NCBI GenBank assembly: GCA_009859145.1
Contig: VRVR01000028.1
Location: 250,057 to 314,056, forward strand
From: Andalucia godoyi And28
Taxonomy: Eukaryota; Protista; Jakobida
Direction: 5' to 3'
Length of the DNA stretch: 64,000 nt
The first letter of the stretch is position 1, and every line of letters starts with the position of its first letter. The notes below the pieces were generated by a model. The model did no database searches. It saw nothing but the letters and a program-made list of their open reading frames with translations, and had not been told where the DNA came from. The position numbers and the translations under genes were made by a program. This document shows, one piece after another, positions 33,600-44,409 of this stretch.

Positions 33600-34640
33600 A
33601 TGCTGGTTCCAATTGATGTACATATTGCAGGTTGCGGAATGTGGAGACCGGATCCATGCGACATCGTGTCCATTTCAGCAAACACATCAAATGAAGGCTA
33701 CGAATCCTATTGCAATGCACCGCCAGAAATTTCCATCTCAGACATGAGCTTTGCTGCGGCAAAGCAGGCGCTGCGTGCCGCGAATGCAGAGCCAGATAGC
33801 ATTCAGCAAGTATTTTTTGCATGGCAGTTCATAAAGGATAAGTCGTGTTGGAGTGCCGCATCGGATGTTGCGCGTCGCTTGGGCATTCCGAACTGTCCTG
33901 CATTGGACGTATTTCAATCGTGCAATGGGGTCTGTGCGGCGATTGAACTGTCTGTATCAAAGATGGTGTTGAATCGCAAGCTGGACAATGTGTTGATTGT
34001 TGCTGCAGATCGATATCCTGCACAGCTGTGCAAAAAGGACGAGTGCGACGATGGCGTCGTCTTTTCGGACGGTGCAGGTGCGCTCATCTTGTCGCGTGGC
34101 CCTGGTGAGTTTGCGGTTCGTTCGTTTGCATCCGCATACGATTGCGGCCTCAATGAGCTGTCTTCAATGAGCTTCGGTTCGTTGAAGGATGTCTTGTCGG
34201 GATTCGAGAACAAGGGGTGGTCTCCGTACGACGACAAGGTTGTGTTTCGGGAGGATGTTCGGGCACGCGGACTTCCGGACTCTACTCTGGTCGATGCGTT
34301 CACATCTGGTGCGAGCATTGTATGCAAGGAGATTTGCGAGGATGTTGGAGTGACATCTCTGAATGCTGGGTTCGACAAGGTCATCATGACAAACTACGGC
34401 CTGCGATTGGCAACTGCTTATGCTGACCGCGTTCTTCACGTTCCTCTGTCCAAGACGACGTATTCCACAGGTGTAAGATGGGGACATATGGGGAATGCGG
34501 ACTTGCTTGTGAACTGGACTCTGTTTCTGGAGCGCGAGGACTGCGTCCGAAACGTGGGTGCTTGCCCCAATCAACGATTTCTGTGGTTCTCGCAAGGAAT
34601 GGGAATTAATTCATGGGGCGTCGTTATAGAACGCAAGTGA
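33600..34640 (+). CDS. Thiolase-fold KAS III/FabH-like protein of the actinomycete acyltransferase type
   Basis: 346 aa from ATG 33600. DVFQSCNG (Cys at 33921), VLIVAADR, SDGAGALIL, WGHMGNAD, SQGMG near the C-terminus. Confidence 0.8.
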   Translation: MLVPIDVHIAGCGMWRPDPCDIVSISANTSNEGYESYCNAPPEISISDMSFAAAKQALRAANAEPDSIQQVFFAWQFIKDKSCWSAASDVARRLGIPNCPALDVFQSCNGVCAAIELSVSKMVLNRKLDNVLIVAADRYPAQLCKKDECDDGVVFSDGAGALILSRGPGEFAVRSFASAYDCGLNELSSMSFGSLKDVLSGFENKGWSPYDDKVVFREDVRARGLPDSTLVDAFTSGASIVCKEICEDVGVTSLNAGFDKVIMTNYGLRLATAYADRVLHVPLSKTTYSTGVRWGHMGNADLLVNWTLFLEREDCVRNVGACPNQRFLWFSQGMGINSWGVVIERK

Positions 34641-34924
34641 ATAAGTGCACGGCTGCTGCCATGTGTAGCCAGGAGCGTTGCAGAGCCATCGACGCTGGCA
34701 TTTTAAACATGCAGAAGAAAAAGGAAATGGGAAGAAAAACAAATAAAGACGACGACGACGACGACAACAACAACAACAACAAACAAACAAACGAACAAAC
34801 AAACAAACAAACGAACAAACAAACAAACAAACGAACAGACGGATGGGACGCATGCTTACGCACACAGCTTACGTGCCGTTTTCCTTTAAATGAAAATAAT
34901 ATTTACTTTACAATTGCACATCAT

Positions 34925-36490
34925 CTAAGCTTGCTTGGTTTGTAAGTCCACAAGGATTTCTGCTTGGCCTCCAACTGCAGAATCGAGACCCGAAAGCTCC
35001 TCTTCACGACCGACACGGAGTAAGTCTACTCGCTTCAACAGGTAGCAGCACGTCAATCCCCAAAACAAGCACCACACGATGATCACGAAAATGCCCAGAG
35101 ATTGTGTCAAGAACAGCGAAAAGCTGCCGGAATAGAACAGGCCCGCCGGAAGAGGGTACGTGTCGCCGAAGAACGCAACGAGATATTCCTTTTCGGCAAA
35201 CAGCCCAATGTACAAGATGCCATAGGCACCGCATCCAAAATGCAGTGGCGAGGCATCCAATGGATCGTCTACTTTGAAGCGAAGGATCAGCTTGGAAAGG
35301 AAAACATAGACGAAAACACAGGTGACACCGAGCAGAACTGCCCAGTAGGGCCGAATGAACACGGCACACGGAGTGATGGCAACAAGCCCAGCGAGAGCCG
35401 CATTCATACTCAGCTCCAGGTTGTAGGACTTCTCCATGTATTTCGAGAGAAACAAGGAAGTAATAAATCCGACAGACGGACACAGCATCGTGTTCAGCGC
35501 CGACAGACTTGCAATAGGAACAACGCCGACAATTTTGAGCGTGCTTCCGCAGTTGAATCCAAACCAACCAAACCACAAGATAAGTGTCCCCGTTGCGGCT
35601 AGAGCGATGTTGTGACCAGGAATGCTTCTCACTTCTCCATTTGTCCCAAACTTCCAAAGACGCGGCTTCAGCACAAAAGTTCCCGCAAACGCACACACGC
35701 CTCCAACGGAGTGCACGACAGATCCTCCAGCATAGTCGACGTACCCCCGTTTGAACAGCCAGCCTTCCACATTCCAGACCCAACAGGCTACCGGAGGGTA
35801 AATGACGATTGACAAGAACGCCATGTACAACGCATAACCCTCAAGTTTTGTGCGTTCTGCCATTGCCCCCGAAACGATCGACAGCGTAGCGGCTGCAAAA
35901 CAACACTGGAAGAACCAGTTCACATACTGGTCAGCAGCATCCTGCATCGCATAGAACGTCGTTCCCCAGAAACCTCGATCAGGCTTGCCGAACGCAATGC
36001 CGTATCCAACAAGCCAGAAGAAAAAGCCCGCAAAACTGGTGCACACCAAGTTTTTCAAAATGATTTGCTTCAAATTCTTGGCTCTTACCGCTCCACTGCA
36101 CAATGGTCAAGCCCAAAAGGATTAAAATGTAAAAAAAGGAAGAAGAAAGGACGGATCAGTAAGTATACTCGGCTCTCGATCGATTTCTTTCAAAAATCGC
36201 TTTCAAAGAAGAGCTCAAACAAACCAAAACAAAACATACGCTTCTCTACATCACCAGCATCAAAATAATAATAATAATAAAATCAACAAGTGAAAAGAAG
36301 AAACATGCATGTCAAAAAGCCGTTAGTTAAACCCCATCAACATCAGAATTAAATGGAAGGCACGGAAAAGGGAGACATACAAAGTCAGGAAACCACACTG
36401 CATAAAGAACACGAGAAACCCACAGAAAAGAACCCACACGGCATCGGCACCCGCCTGGATGTCACTGATCTGCGCTTGGAGTTCGTCCAT
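34925..36490 (-). CDS. AMT: Ammonium transporter (Amt/Mep) 2; exons 36381-36490, 36240-36245 (microexon), 34925-36095
   Basis: Spliced protein reads FFMQCGFLTLEAGAVRAKN; also DYAGGSVVH, WFGWFGFN, DDPLDASPLH. All four splice sites are canonical. Confidence 0.93.
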
Positions 36491-37187
36491 AGGAGCAGTA
36501 GCAGTGTTCACGAACAAAAAAAGAGTCGAGAGGAAGGGGGGAGGGGAAGGGGGAGGGGGACAAGTCCGGAAAGGAGGAGGAAAAGAACAAAACGATGGAT
36601 TGTATAATCTGCAGAAAAAGAAAAAGTAAAAAGAAAAAAACAATATTGGATAAAAAGTAATTTAAAAAAACAATACATACGAGAAAACGAGAACAACAGC
36701 AACAACCTGAAGAAATCGTTACGGACTCGGCGAAGAGAAAAGAGTTTGCGGTTCCCATGTCTTTCTTTGTTCGGTGTATCCTTCTTTCACTGGGACCAGA
36801 AGGATGCCGGAGGAACCCTCAGCAAAGGAGATGACACTCGCGGCAGCTGTCTGCCCAGACGTGTTTCTTGTGCACGAGCACGAAGCATCGCCCAGCAGCT
36901 GCCTTGTGCGAGGAGAGCAATCAGTTTTCATCTTCATTTTCCTCGTCATTCTGTGCCGTTCAATCTAAAGCGCACGTAACAAAAACACTGCCACGCGCCA
37001 TGCGCATGCGTTTGTTATGTTAAGCAACTCCGTCATACGATTCCCGATTCGTTTCGCCCCATTTTGATCATGAAATCCCTATAAACACGTCGCCGCGTTG
37101 CATTCTCGCACAGCGACGCTCATTTCATTTCTTTATTTTTATTTTTACTGTCCATGCAACACGCCGTGTACGTCACGCCCGCAACGC

Positions 37188-37332
37188 TGCGCAAGATCTA
37201 TGACATCTCTCATGCCGAGGGGCGTGTTGGAGCCTTCCCCTCTTCCCAATCATGCTGTGCATGTTGCTGGGTTGCAACATTGATTATGGGTGATCAGCGA
37301 TGATTATCCGTGGTTAGTGTACAATGTAGGCG
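37188..37332. repeat. Family A, diverged right-half copy (further fragment at about 37599-37626)
   Basis: ggcgtgttgg..cc..cccc..ttccc and agtgtacaatgtaggcg match copies 1 and 2; gatcgatcgagaccggaatggagtgcgc resembles gattgatcgagactgggagcggagcgcg. Confidence 0.6.
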
Positions 37333-37830
37333 TTGGAAACTTTTGAACTCTTTTATCATTATGTTTTTTAATTTCGTTTTCATCGTCTTGACAAGATGTT
37401 TGAAAGTTGAAATCCGAAGGTGGGGGGGTCTTCCCCCCGTCTGGTTAGAACCAAATGAATAATTTAAATTTAAAAACAAACAAACAAACAAACGAAATCT
37501 CCCTCCCCTTCCTCTTGGGAAGCAGGAGAAAGACTGCTGTACAAGGCGAGGGGGTGTGGAGTCGCTAAGGTTTTCCGACATCCAGCATGTCCAGCGGTGA
37601 TCGATCGAGACCGGAATGGAGTGCGCATGCACTGTTGCAGTTTGCACCAATATGAGAGCTCGTCCGTGTTGACGCAGCGTGTCGCAGGCGTCGTCGCAGG
37701 CGAGACGTTGATATCATCGACAAGGGGGCCGAAGGAGAACGCATGTATGTCGGTTCAAAATAAAAGAAATCACATGCTAGGGATATTCTATACAATTTCA
37801 TGTTTTCCATATACATTTCCCGTTATCAAT

Positions 37831-39873
37831 TCAAGTTGAGTCGATCGGATCCAAGTGGCCGCGGGGGGATGGCTTGCGAACTGCGCCGGACGAGTGTCTT
37901 GCGGCGGCCTTGCGTCCCGACTCCGGTATTTCAGAGAGCGGGAGCGACAGTGCATTGTCAGACAGGGCCACAGCGGCCTGTGCGGATCCGGGTCTGGACA
38001 CGGGTCTCGATGGCGGGGCTGAGCGCAGACCCTGCGCCTGCATGAGCTGCATACGCAGTGACGCCAGTTCCTTTGCGAACCGCTTTGAACTGTGTTCCAT
38101 CTCTTCTTCCAATGCAACGCACCGATCCCTATATTCCTCGGACTGGATCTCGAGCTCCAGAATACGGGTTTCGAAAGGCTCGGTATCCACCGTCGGAGCC
38201 GTCGGCGCAGTCGATTCCGCGGAAGAGTCGAGTTCGTGGCCTGCTTTCATTTTGCGTGCCTTGTTTTCTGAATCGGGGGATACAGCGGACGCCCTAGACG
38301 CCATCTTTTCTCTCTCTGCCGAAGCCAAATGTCGATTCTCCTCGTCTGAAGCCACAGACACAATCCCATGGCCTACCTGGACATCACGTTCCTCGACAGC
38401 CGGTTTCTTTCGCAGGCGGTCGATTTCGCCCACGGATTTTTTCATCAGGGATTCGAGCTTCTCAATCACCTGCTCTTGCTTTTGGATCGTGTCCTTGTAG
38501 GTCTTCACCTTGTTCCTGGACTCCTGGTACTCGACGACCAGCTCTGCTTGTTGAACATGGGCTTGCTGCAGTTCCCGAAACTTCTTTTCAAGAGAACGCT
38601 TGGATTTCATGTCCTTCGTCAGCACCTTGTTTTCCGCCTTGAGAGCTGCGTTTTCATTCCTTGCGGAGGTCAGTTCTCTTGACAGGAAAATGACCTTTCG
38701 AGCCAGTTCTTCGGGTGGCATCGAATCCAAACCATCCAAATTCTGCAGATTCGACAGTCTGTCGCGCAGTTTGAAGAATTCATCTCTCAGTTCATCCAGG
38801 CTTTTTTCCTTCTTTCTCAGTTCTCCATTTTCTGCCTCGAGTTTCTTTGCCGAAATCAGCCTATCATCAAAATCAGACATGAATTTTTCAATGACTTGTT
38901 GCTTGTAGTCCATTTCATCCAGCATATTCTTGACCATCTCTTCCACTCCCCTCCTTGGAGACGACGATTTGGCCTCGGACGATGTCTGGCGCAGTTGTGC
39001 CATATCATCGGAGATCTGTTGCCGCAGCGCGGCAAGTGTCTTGACTTCCGGATCTTCATTCGTTGGGGATGCAGGAGGCGGGCTCGATGCATCCACAAGA
39101 TTCGAATCACTCGGTATTTCTGAAGTCGACGCATCCGGCCCACCGACGCCTCCATTCGCTTGGCCAGCACCCGAATCATCACTTGCCATGTCTCCTGTTC
39201 CTGTTCCTGTTCCTGTTCCATCACCTTCAATAGAACCATCGGCACCACGCTCGGTCCCTATATCGTGTGCGTTCACGCCTGGCATATTAACAGCGTTGGC
39301 ATCCCTTGATTTCGGCACATTGAGCACGAGCAGTGACAGTTCGAGTATTCCCACACCTTCGAGCTCCACCGATTGAAACCCTTCTGAAACGGCCGCCTTC
39401 GCCGTGGCAAGCACCTTTGCAGATCGCAACGACATTGGCGACACCGTTTTGGCCGAATGCGGAGTCTCATTTGCGGTCGATGTAGACGTAGAAGCCACAG
39501 AGGAAGTCGACGTGTCTTCCGTGTTCTTTCCAAGTCCATATTCTGCAGCAGCGACTTCTTCGTCTTCATACCGATCGTCTATGTCGATTGCAGAGTTTAC
39601 CGCAGAAACGGGTTCGTTAGACTCAAGGAGCGGAACCGCATGGAATTCGAATTTTAGAAACAACGAATCCGTCGAAGGATGTGTATCTTCTTCTTCCGGA
39701 GGATTCGGGAGCTCGAATCTGAAGTCGTGCGGTGGGAATGTGCACGCCGGCGGGACCAGCACGACAGAACGGAGTTTGCGGCCGGTTGAAGGCTCTGTCG
39801 ACAAGGCGATAAATCCCGCAATGCAGTCCCCGGAAAACCGGATTTTGTCCAAATTGCACTTTACGACACTCAT
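37831..39873 (-). CDS. Coiled-coil protein with C2-like N-terminal remnant, CCDC33-like
   Basis: C-terminal coil LQQAHVQQAELVVEYQ...YKDTIQKQEQVIEKLE resembles CCDC33 as I recall it. Beta-rich N-terminus. Confidence 0.6.
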   Translation of the reverse strand: MSVVKCNLDKIRFSGDCIAGFIALSTEPSTGRKLRSVVLVPPACTFPPHDFRFELPNPPEEEDTHPSTDSLFLKFEFHAVPLLESNEPVSAVNSAIDIDDRYEDEEVAAAEYGLGKNTEDTSTSSVASTSTSTANETPHSAKTVSPMSLRSAKVLATAKAAVSEGFQSVELEGVGILELSLLVLNVPKSRDANAVNMPGVNAHDIGTERGADGSIEGDGTGTGTGTGDMASDDSGAGQANGGVGGPDASTSEIPSDSNLVDASSPPPASPTNEDPEVKTLAALRQQISDDMAQLRQTSSEAKSSSPRRGVEEMVKNMLDEMDYKQQVIEKFMSDFDDRLISAKKLEAENGELRKKEKSLDELRDEFFKLRDRLSNLQNLDGLDSMPPEELARKVIFLSRELTSARNENAALKAENKVLTKDMKSKRSLEKKFRELQQAHVQQAELVVEYQESRNKVKTYKDTIQKQEQVIEKLESLMKKSVGEIDRLRKKPAVEERDVQVGHGIVSVASDEENRHLASAEREKMASRASAVSPDSENKARKMKAGHELDSSAESTAPTAPTVDTEPFETRILELEIQSEEYRDRCVALEEEMEHSSKRFAKELASLRMQLMQAQGLRSAPPSRPVSRPGSAQAAVALSDNALSLPLSEIPESGRKAAARHSSGAVRKPSPRGHLDPIDST

Positions 39874-40216
39874 GTCCAATTTTCCAAAGACCCCTAAGAT
39901 GTGTGTGCGCGCGTGTTATAATTTGAAGGAGCAATACAACAGAAAAAACAAGCAAATTAAAAAACAACAGCGAAAGATCACGTTTCAACAGACACGATAA
40001 ACTACAAAGTTGGAAAATGTAAACAGGAGTTGACGGTGAATGTTCGGTCTGATGGCGTTCTTTCTGTTCTTCTTTTTTTGCTCTTTCTTCACTTCTTTCG
40101 CTATTTGCTTGATCGTGACGTTCGGGGATTTCCACCTTTTCACTCCGTACTCAATCCTTGAACAGGGCAACTTGGGTGCAGCGATGAAACGAGCAACGCC
40201 AGAATGGTTTTTGCCG

Positions 40217-40800
40217 TTTTATGTAAAACACTGAACATCCAACAATACGATTTTCTTACCGTAGTCACGTCCAGAATTTCTTTCATTTTTCTGCACTATT
40301 TTCTTCTTCTTTCAATTATTTTACTGATTGTTTGTGTTTTACAATCGAAAACCCTCAAGCAGACAAAGCATCGCATGGCTTCAAAGACGGATCTTCCTGA
40401 CAAGCTCAAGCCGGTCATGCCCCCGGAAATAGCGAGAACCAAGAAACCCGCTGACTCCCTCTCGTCGCAACTGGATGAGCAAGCGGATGATCATCAAATT
40501 ACGAAGATGTGATCGACTGCGTTCGGAATGCGCCTTCTTTCAAGCCAGAGAAACAAGAAGGAGCAAAGACAAAAAGCGTCGTCAGGCACGGCGTCATTCG
40601 CCGACCACATTCTGCTTCCTTCCAGCGTTCATTTATTGAATGTTGAATCGATTGGGGGAATATGTCGATTGCGACGACCAGCAATCTGCATTGAAGAGGT
40701 GGTGCTCGCCCCCCCCAAATAAAAAAAAACAAAAAAAACATGTGGCTTGGATCTGTCGCTTATCCGATGATGATCCACAGTAATTCGTGTTTTGGCAACC
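40217..40800 (+). repeat. Dispersed repeat family B, long copy
   Basis: Core 40258-40798 differs from 56347-56889 by only 3 substitutions and a 2-nt C-run difference (manual comparison). Confidence 0.95.
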
Positions 40801-40987
40801 GGAAACGATTCCTGGAAGCATCAACTGTAAAGTCTCACGTGCCTCTTTATTATTGTTGGTTTTGCTTGCGAGGTTCGAACAGTCTCGGAAAAACCAAGCG
40901 CGATCTTTTCTCCTTGTGCATTTTCTCCATGTAACTGTCCCACAGCCCCCGTTCGTTTTCTCCTCTTTTCATTTATGTTTCCGTTTT

Positions 40988-41043
40988 CCATTTTTCCATT
41001 TTTCCATTTTTCCATTTTTCCATTTTTCCATTTTTCCATTTTT
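40988..41043 (+). repeat. (CCATTTTT)n tandem repeat, about 7 units
   Basis: Seen directly, upstream of GAR1. Confidence 0.9.
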
Positions 41044-41096
41044 CATTTCCATTTTCTCTATTCACATACAGTGTGTAAATTTCGCTAAAGATCACG

Positions 41097-41765
41097 ATGC
41101 GTGGAGACTTTCGAGGTGGTCGAGGAGGCGGATTTGGAGCGCCCCGCGGTGGTCGAGGTGGATTTGGCGGTGGACGAGGAGGCGGATTCCGTGGTGGGTT
41201 CGGTGGTGGCGGTGGAGGATATGGTGGTGCGCCAGAGGGGCCACCAGCCGAAGTTCGCGAGCTTGGCGTGTTTTTGCATGCATGCGAAGGTGAACTTGTT
41301 TGCCGGTCGACGATCAACATGGTTCCGTACTTTAATGCATTCATTTTCGCAGAGAACAAGGCGCAGATCGGAAAGGTCGCCGAGGTATTTGGACCAATGA
41401 ATGATGTCCATTTCTCCATCAAGGCATCTGAGGGTGTTGTTGCATCGTCGTTCAAGGAGGGAACAAAGATTTTCATTTCGTCGGACAAGCTGCTTCCTAT
41501 GGAGCGCTTCATTCCCAAGCCAAAGTCGCTTGCCGATCAGAACCAGCCCAAGAGAGGTGGCCGAGGCGGTGCCGGCCGAGGAGGTCGAGGAGGTGGATTC
41601 GGTGGACGCGGTGCCCCGAGAGGAGGAAGAGGTGGTTTTGGTGATCGTGGCGGCCGTGGAGGTGGATTCGGTGGCGGCCGTGGAGGTGGATTCGGTGGCG
41701 GACGAGGCGGTGGATTCGGTGGTGGCCGAGGAGGTGGATTCCGTGGAGGAAGAGGCGGATTTTAA
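41097..41765 (+). CDS. GAR1: H/ACA snoRNP subunit Gar1
   Basis: RGG-rich termini around the core [49 protein letters not shown]. Confidence 0.97.
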   Translation: MRGDFRGGRGGGFGAPRGGRGGFGGGRGGGFRGGFGGGGGGYGGAPEGPPAEVRELGVFLHACEGELVCRSTINMVPYFNAFIFAENKAQIGKVAEVFGPMNDVHFSIKASEGVVASSFKEGTKIFISSDKLLPMERFIPKPKSLADQNQPKRGGRGGAGRGGRGGGFGGRGAPRGGRGGFGDRGGRGGGFGGGRGGGFGGGRGGGFGGGRGGGFRGGRGGF

Positions 41766-42158
41766 TCATTCATTCCAATGTGCAGCAATTAAAGAAAAAA
41801 GGGAAGAAAAAACAACACCAAGAAACGCAGAGAAGAAGAGACATTTCATTAAATAACACATCGCAGTCGTTTCCAATTTCCATGCGTTTGAAGAGGTCCG
41901 ACGAAAATGCTTACCAAAATGGCACCTTCCGTACTCTTCATTCGCAAGGATTGAATTCTTTTTTTTTGATTTTTGATTTTCTTTTTGTTTTAGGGGTGGA
42001 CCGAGCACCGACCCCGCCGAGGTTCATGATAGCTTACCGGCAGTATGGACTGTGCATCCTAACGAACTGCGGCTCCGTTTGGTGTACTTGTTGCGAGTTG
42101 TGCATGGTCTGTCTGTGAAGTGCGGTCATGAACATCGACAGATGGATTTAATTGACGA

Positions 42159-43685
42159 ATGGAGTGGAATAGACCCGAGTTGCTGGATCCTGCCGTTGAA
42201 CGCCAAGCAGAGCTGGACTTGTTTGCGTCAGTTGGGTGTGAATGGTCGCTTCTGTACCCGGTTTTTGCTAAAGACGCGTCCTTGTTTGACGCGCAGCCGT
42301 CCGAGTGGGATTCGCTCTGCCAGTTTCTCTACGGAAATCCACCATTGATTTCCACCGCTTCGGAAGACCATGCTTTCCTCGAGCGGATGTTTACCGTGTT
42401 TTGGGGTCGTGTTGCAGCAGACCTCAACATTTCTTCATCTACTGTGTTTCCAGCTGCGGCTGGCGCCCGGGAGAGCCTTCAGAGCGTCCGAATTTTGTTA
42501 TCCGGATTGCTGTCCGCTGCGGATCTCGTGCAGGATTCCCAAAGGTTGGCCACTGCGTTGCGTGCCGCATCCTTGCTGCATGAGTGGGACGAATGCGCAC
42601 TGTTTGGGAGACTGTTGGTATCTCGTGTGTCAACGCTGAACACCCGACTTCTGTGTGCAACAGCGCACCACATTTCACGCCGGACTCGCATTGCCATCCC
42701 GTACTACATCCAGGCAATCGGAGAATTGAATGACGTACCCTCGAGGAGGGACGAAGTGGACCAGATTCTTCTGCTGTTGGCTGATGCCTTTGAGAAGACA
42801 GAATACTACGTGTATGCATTGCAAGTACTCCGCAAGCTCCGCTTTCGCCTGGTGGAACGAACCGGGTTTCGGTTTGCAGACCTCGCGTCGCCGAGTTCGG
42901 TATCCGACCACGCTTCTCCAAACACGCGGACAGTGTGTTTGCTTGTGCTCTTGCGAGAATGCGGGCTACTGTATACATATTTTCATGCCGCAGGCGGAGT
43001 TGCGCAAATGCATGCAAACTGCACGATTCTGATGGACAACATTCACGCCATCGATGAAAAGCATCAAGTGTATCGAGTGGTTTCAGCCCTGGGATTCTTG
43101 CTGTTCCGTGAGCGACGGTTTGACGAGTGCGCTCAGTTTCTGTCCTTGCTGCTGCAGTCCATGGATCATTCCCGGCAAGCGGTACAGGATCATCGTGACG
43201 AGGACCGGTCGTCCATCATTGAGGACGAATGGCATCGACTGGTATCCTCTCGACTTGTCGCATGTTGTCTGCAGCTAGGGAATATCGCCCGTGCGTCCAA
43301 GCACCTTGTCGATCTTGACTCTCAGCCGTCGATGGGAGTACTTGTGTTTCGCGTGCTTCTTCACCCATCGGACGAGTTCGTCCATCGATTTATCGAACTG
43401 TTTCAGGACTCGGTGCCGAGCGCCGTTGTCAAGTTCATGATTTCGACCTTGCTGCGTCATGCCAGCGGCGAATCTCTGCAGGCGTGTGCGGCCCTTCTGT
43501 GCAACCAGCAGATGCTCAGATTCGACGGGTTTCTGCGACAGCTGCTGTTGTTCCATTTTTTCCCGACGCATGAACGCCTGCAGAGTGTCCTTGCAGAGTC
43601 AAAAGGGTCTTGGAAGCTTGAGCAGTATTGGAGCAATGTCCTGTCGTCGCAGCGCCAGCACCACATGCTTCGCTCCAAGCTATAA
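42159..43685 (+). CDS. Hypothetical all-helical (TPR/solenoid-like) protein
   Basis: 508-aa Leu-rich ORF. No family recognised; start uncertain. Confidence 0.7.
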   Translation: MEWNRPELLDPAVERQAELDLFASVGCEWSLLYPVFAKDASLFDAQPSEWDSLCQFLYGNPPLISTASEDHAFLERMFTVFWGRVAADLNISSSTVFPAAAGARESLQSVRILLSGLLSAADLVQDSQRLATALRAASLLHEWDECALFGRLLVSRVSTLNTRLLCATAHHISRRTRIAIPYYIQAIGELNDVPSRRDEVDQILLLLADAFEKTEYYVYALQVLRKLRFRLVERTGFRFADLASPSSVSDHASPNTRTVCLLVLLRECGLLYTYFHAAGGVAQMHANCTILMDNIHAIDEKHQVYRVVSALGFLLFRERRFDECAQFLSLLLQSMDHSRQAVQDHRDEDRSSIIEDEWHRLVSSRLVACCLQLGNIARASKHLVDLDSQPSMGVLVFRVLLHPSDEFVHRFIELFQDSVPSAVVKFMISTLLRHASGESLQACAALLCNQQMLRFDGFLRQLLLFHFFPTHERLQSVLAESKGSWKLEQYWSNVLSSQRQHHMLRSKL

Positions 43686-43853
43686 AAGTATACATGGAGC
43701 CGCCATCCAACCTGCATTTTATCCTGCAGCGCTGTTTTGTATGTATGTATGCGTGTGTAACGGTGCTCCGGGAACAGTGTTTTCCTTTCATTGTTTATAT
43801 AACGTATAGCAATTCCGACAACAACGAGCAATCATGACGCGCACTATCTGCCC

Positions 43854-44021
43854 TTATGCGTCAAAGCCTTCAGAACGCAAGCACGCCTTCAGAGCTTCAA
43901 TTTCTTTGGAGCACGCCTTTTCATCGCCCTTTGTGATCATGCATTCGTCGCGGATGGACCGCATGTCCTTACACACGCAGCACGCACCTTTCTTTTTGGG
44001 CGCCTGCTCTGCTCCGGTCAT
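43854..44021 (-). CDS. COX17: Cytochrome c oxidase copper chaperone Cox17
   Basis: 55 aa; CCVC copper motif and twin CX9C. Confidence 0.92.
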   Translation of the reverse strand: MTGAEQAPKKKGACCVCKDMRSIRDECMITKGDEKACSKEIEALKACLRSEGFDA

Positions 44022-44409
44022 CGCGATGTTGTCTTGTCTATCTTTCTCCAGCACACAAGAAAGGTGAAAACGCTGCCTTTTTTCCCCTCTCTCTCTCTCT
44101 CTCTCTCTGTCTGTCTCCGTTGTCAAATAGTGGACAATTCAAAAATGAAGAGCTTTCCACCGTCTCCAACAACAACAACAAAATCGGTCTGAAAACTCAA
44201 GTTGGGCATTTGGGCTGAACCAGCATTTTTCCGATTGAGCCAGCATTGATTCTGTTTTTTGTGTTTTTGCTTGCATTTTCTCTTCGCTGCTCTTTCTCTG
44301 CTCCTTCTCCCCTCCGGATGCTTCGTTGGTTGCATGTTTGCTCGATATTCGCTCCGTGACCAGGAAAAAAAAAAGAGAAGAAGAAAAGGAATAGACAGCT
44401 GTGTGTGAA

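Noticed and set aside
36804-36968. 54-aa ORF with a hydrophobic C-terminus upstream of Amt2
   Set aside because: No homology or other support; it probably overlaps the Amt2 5' region.
41640-41760. Regularly spaced ~21-bp repeats that could suggest a CRISPR-like array
   Set aside because: They encode the GGRGGGF repeats of Gar1 and have no unique spacers. No CRISPR array, tRNA or rRNA gene was seen in the window.
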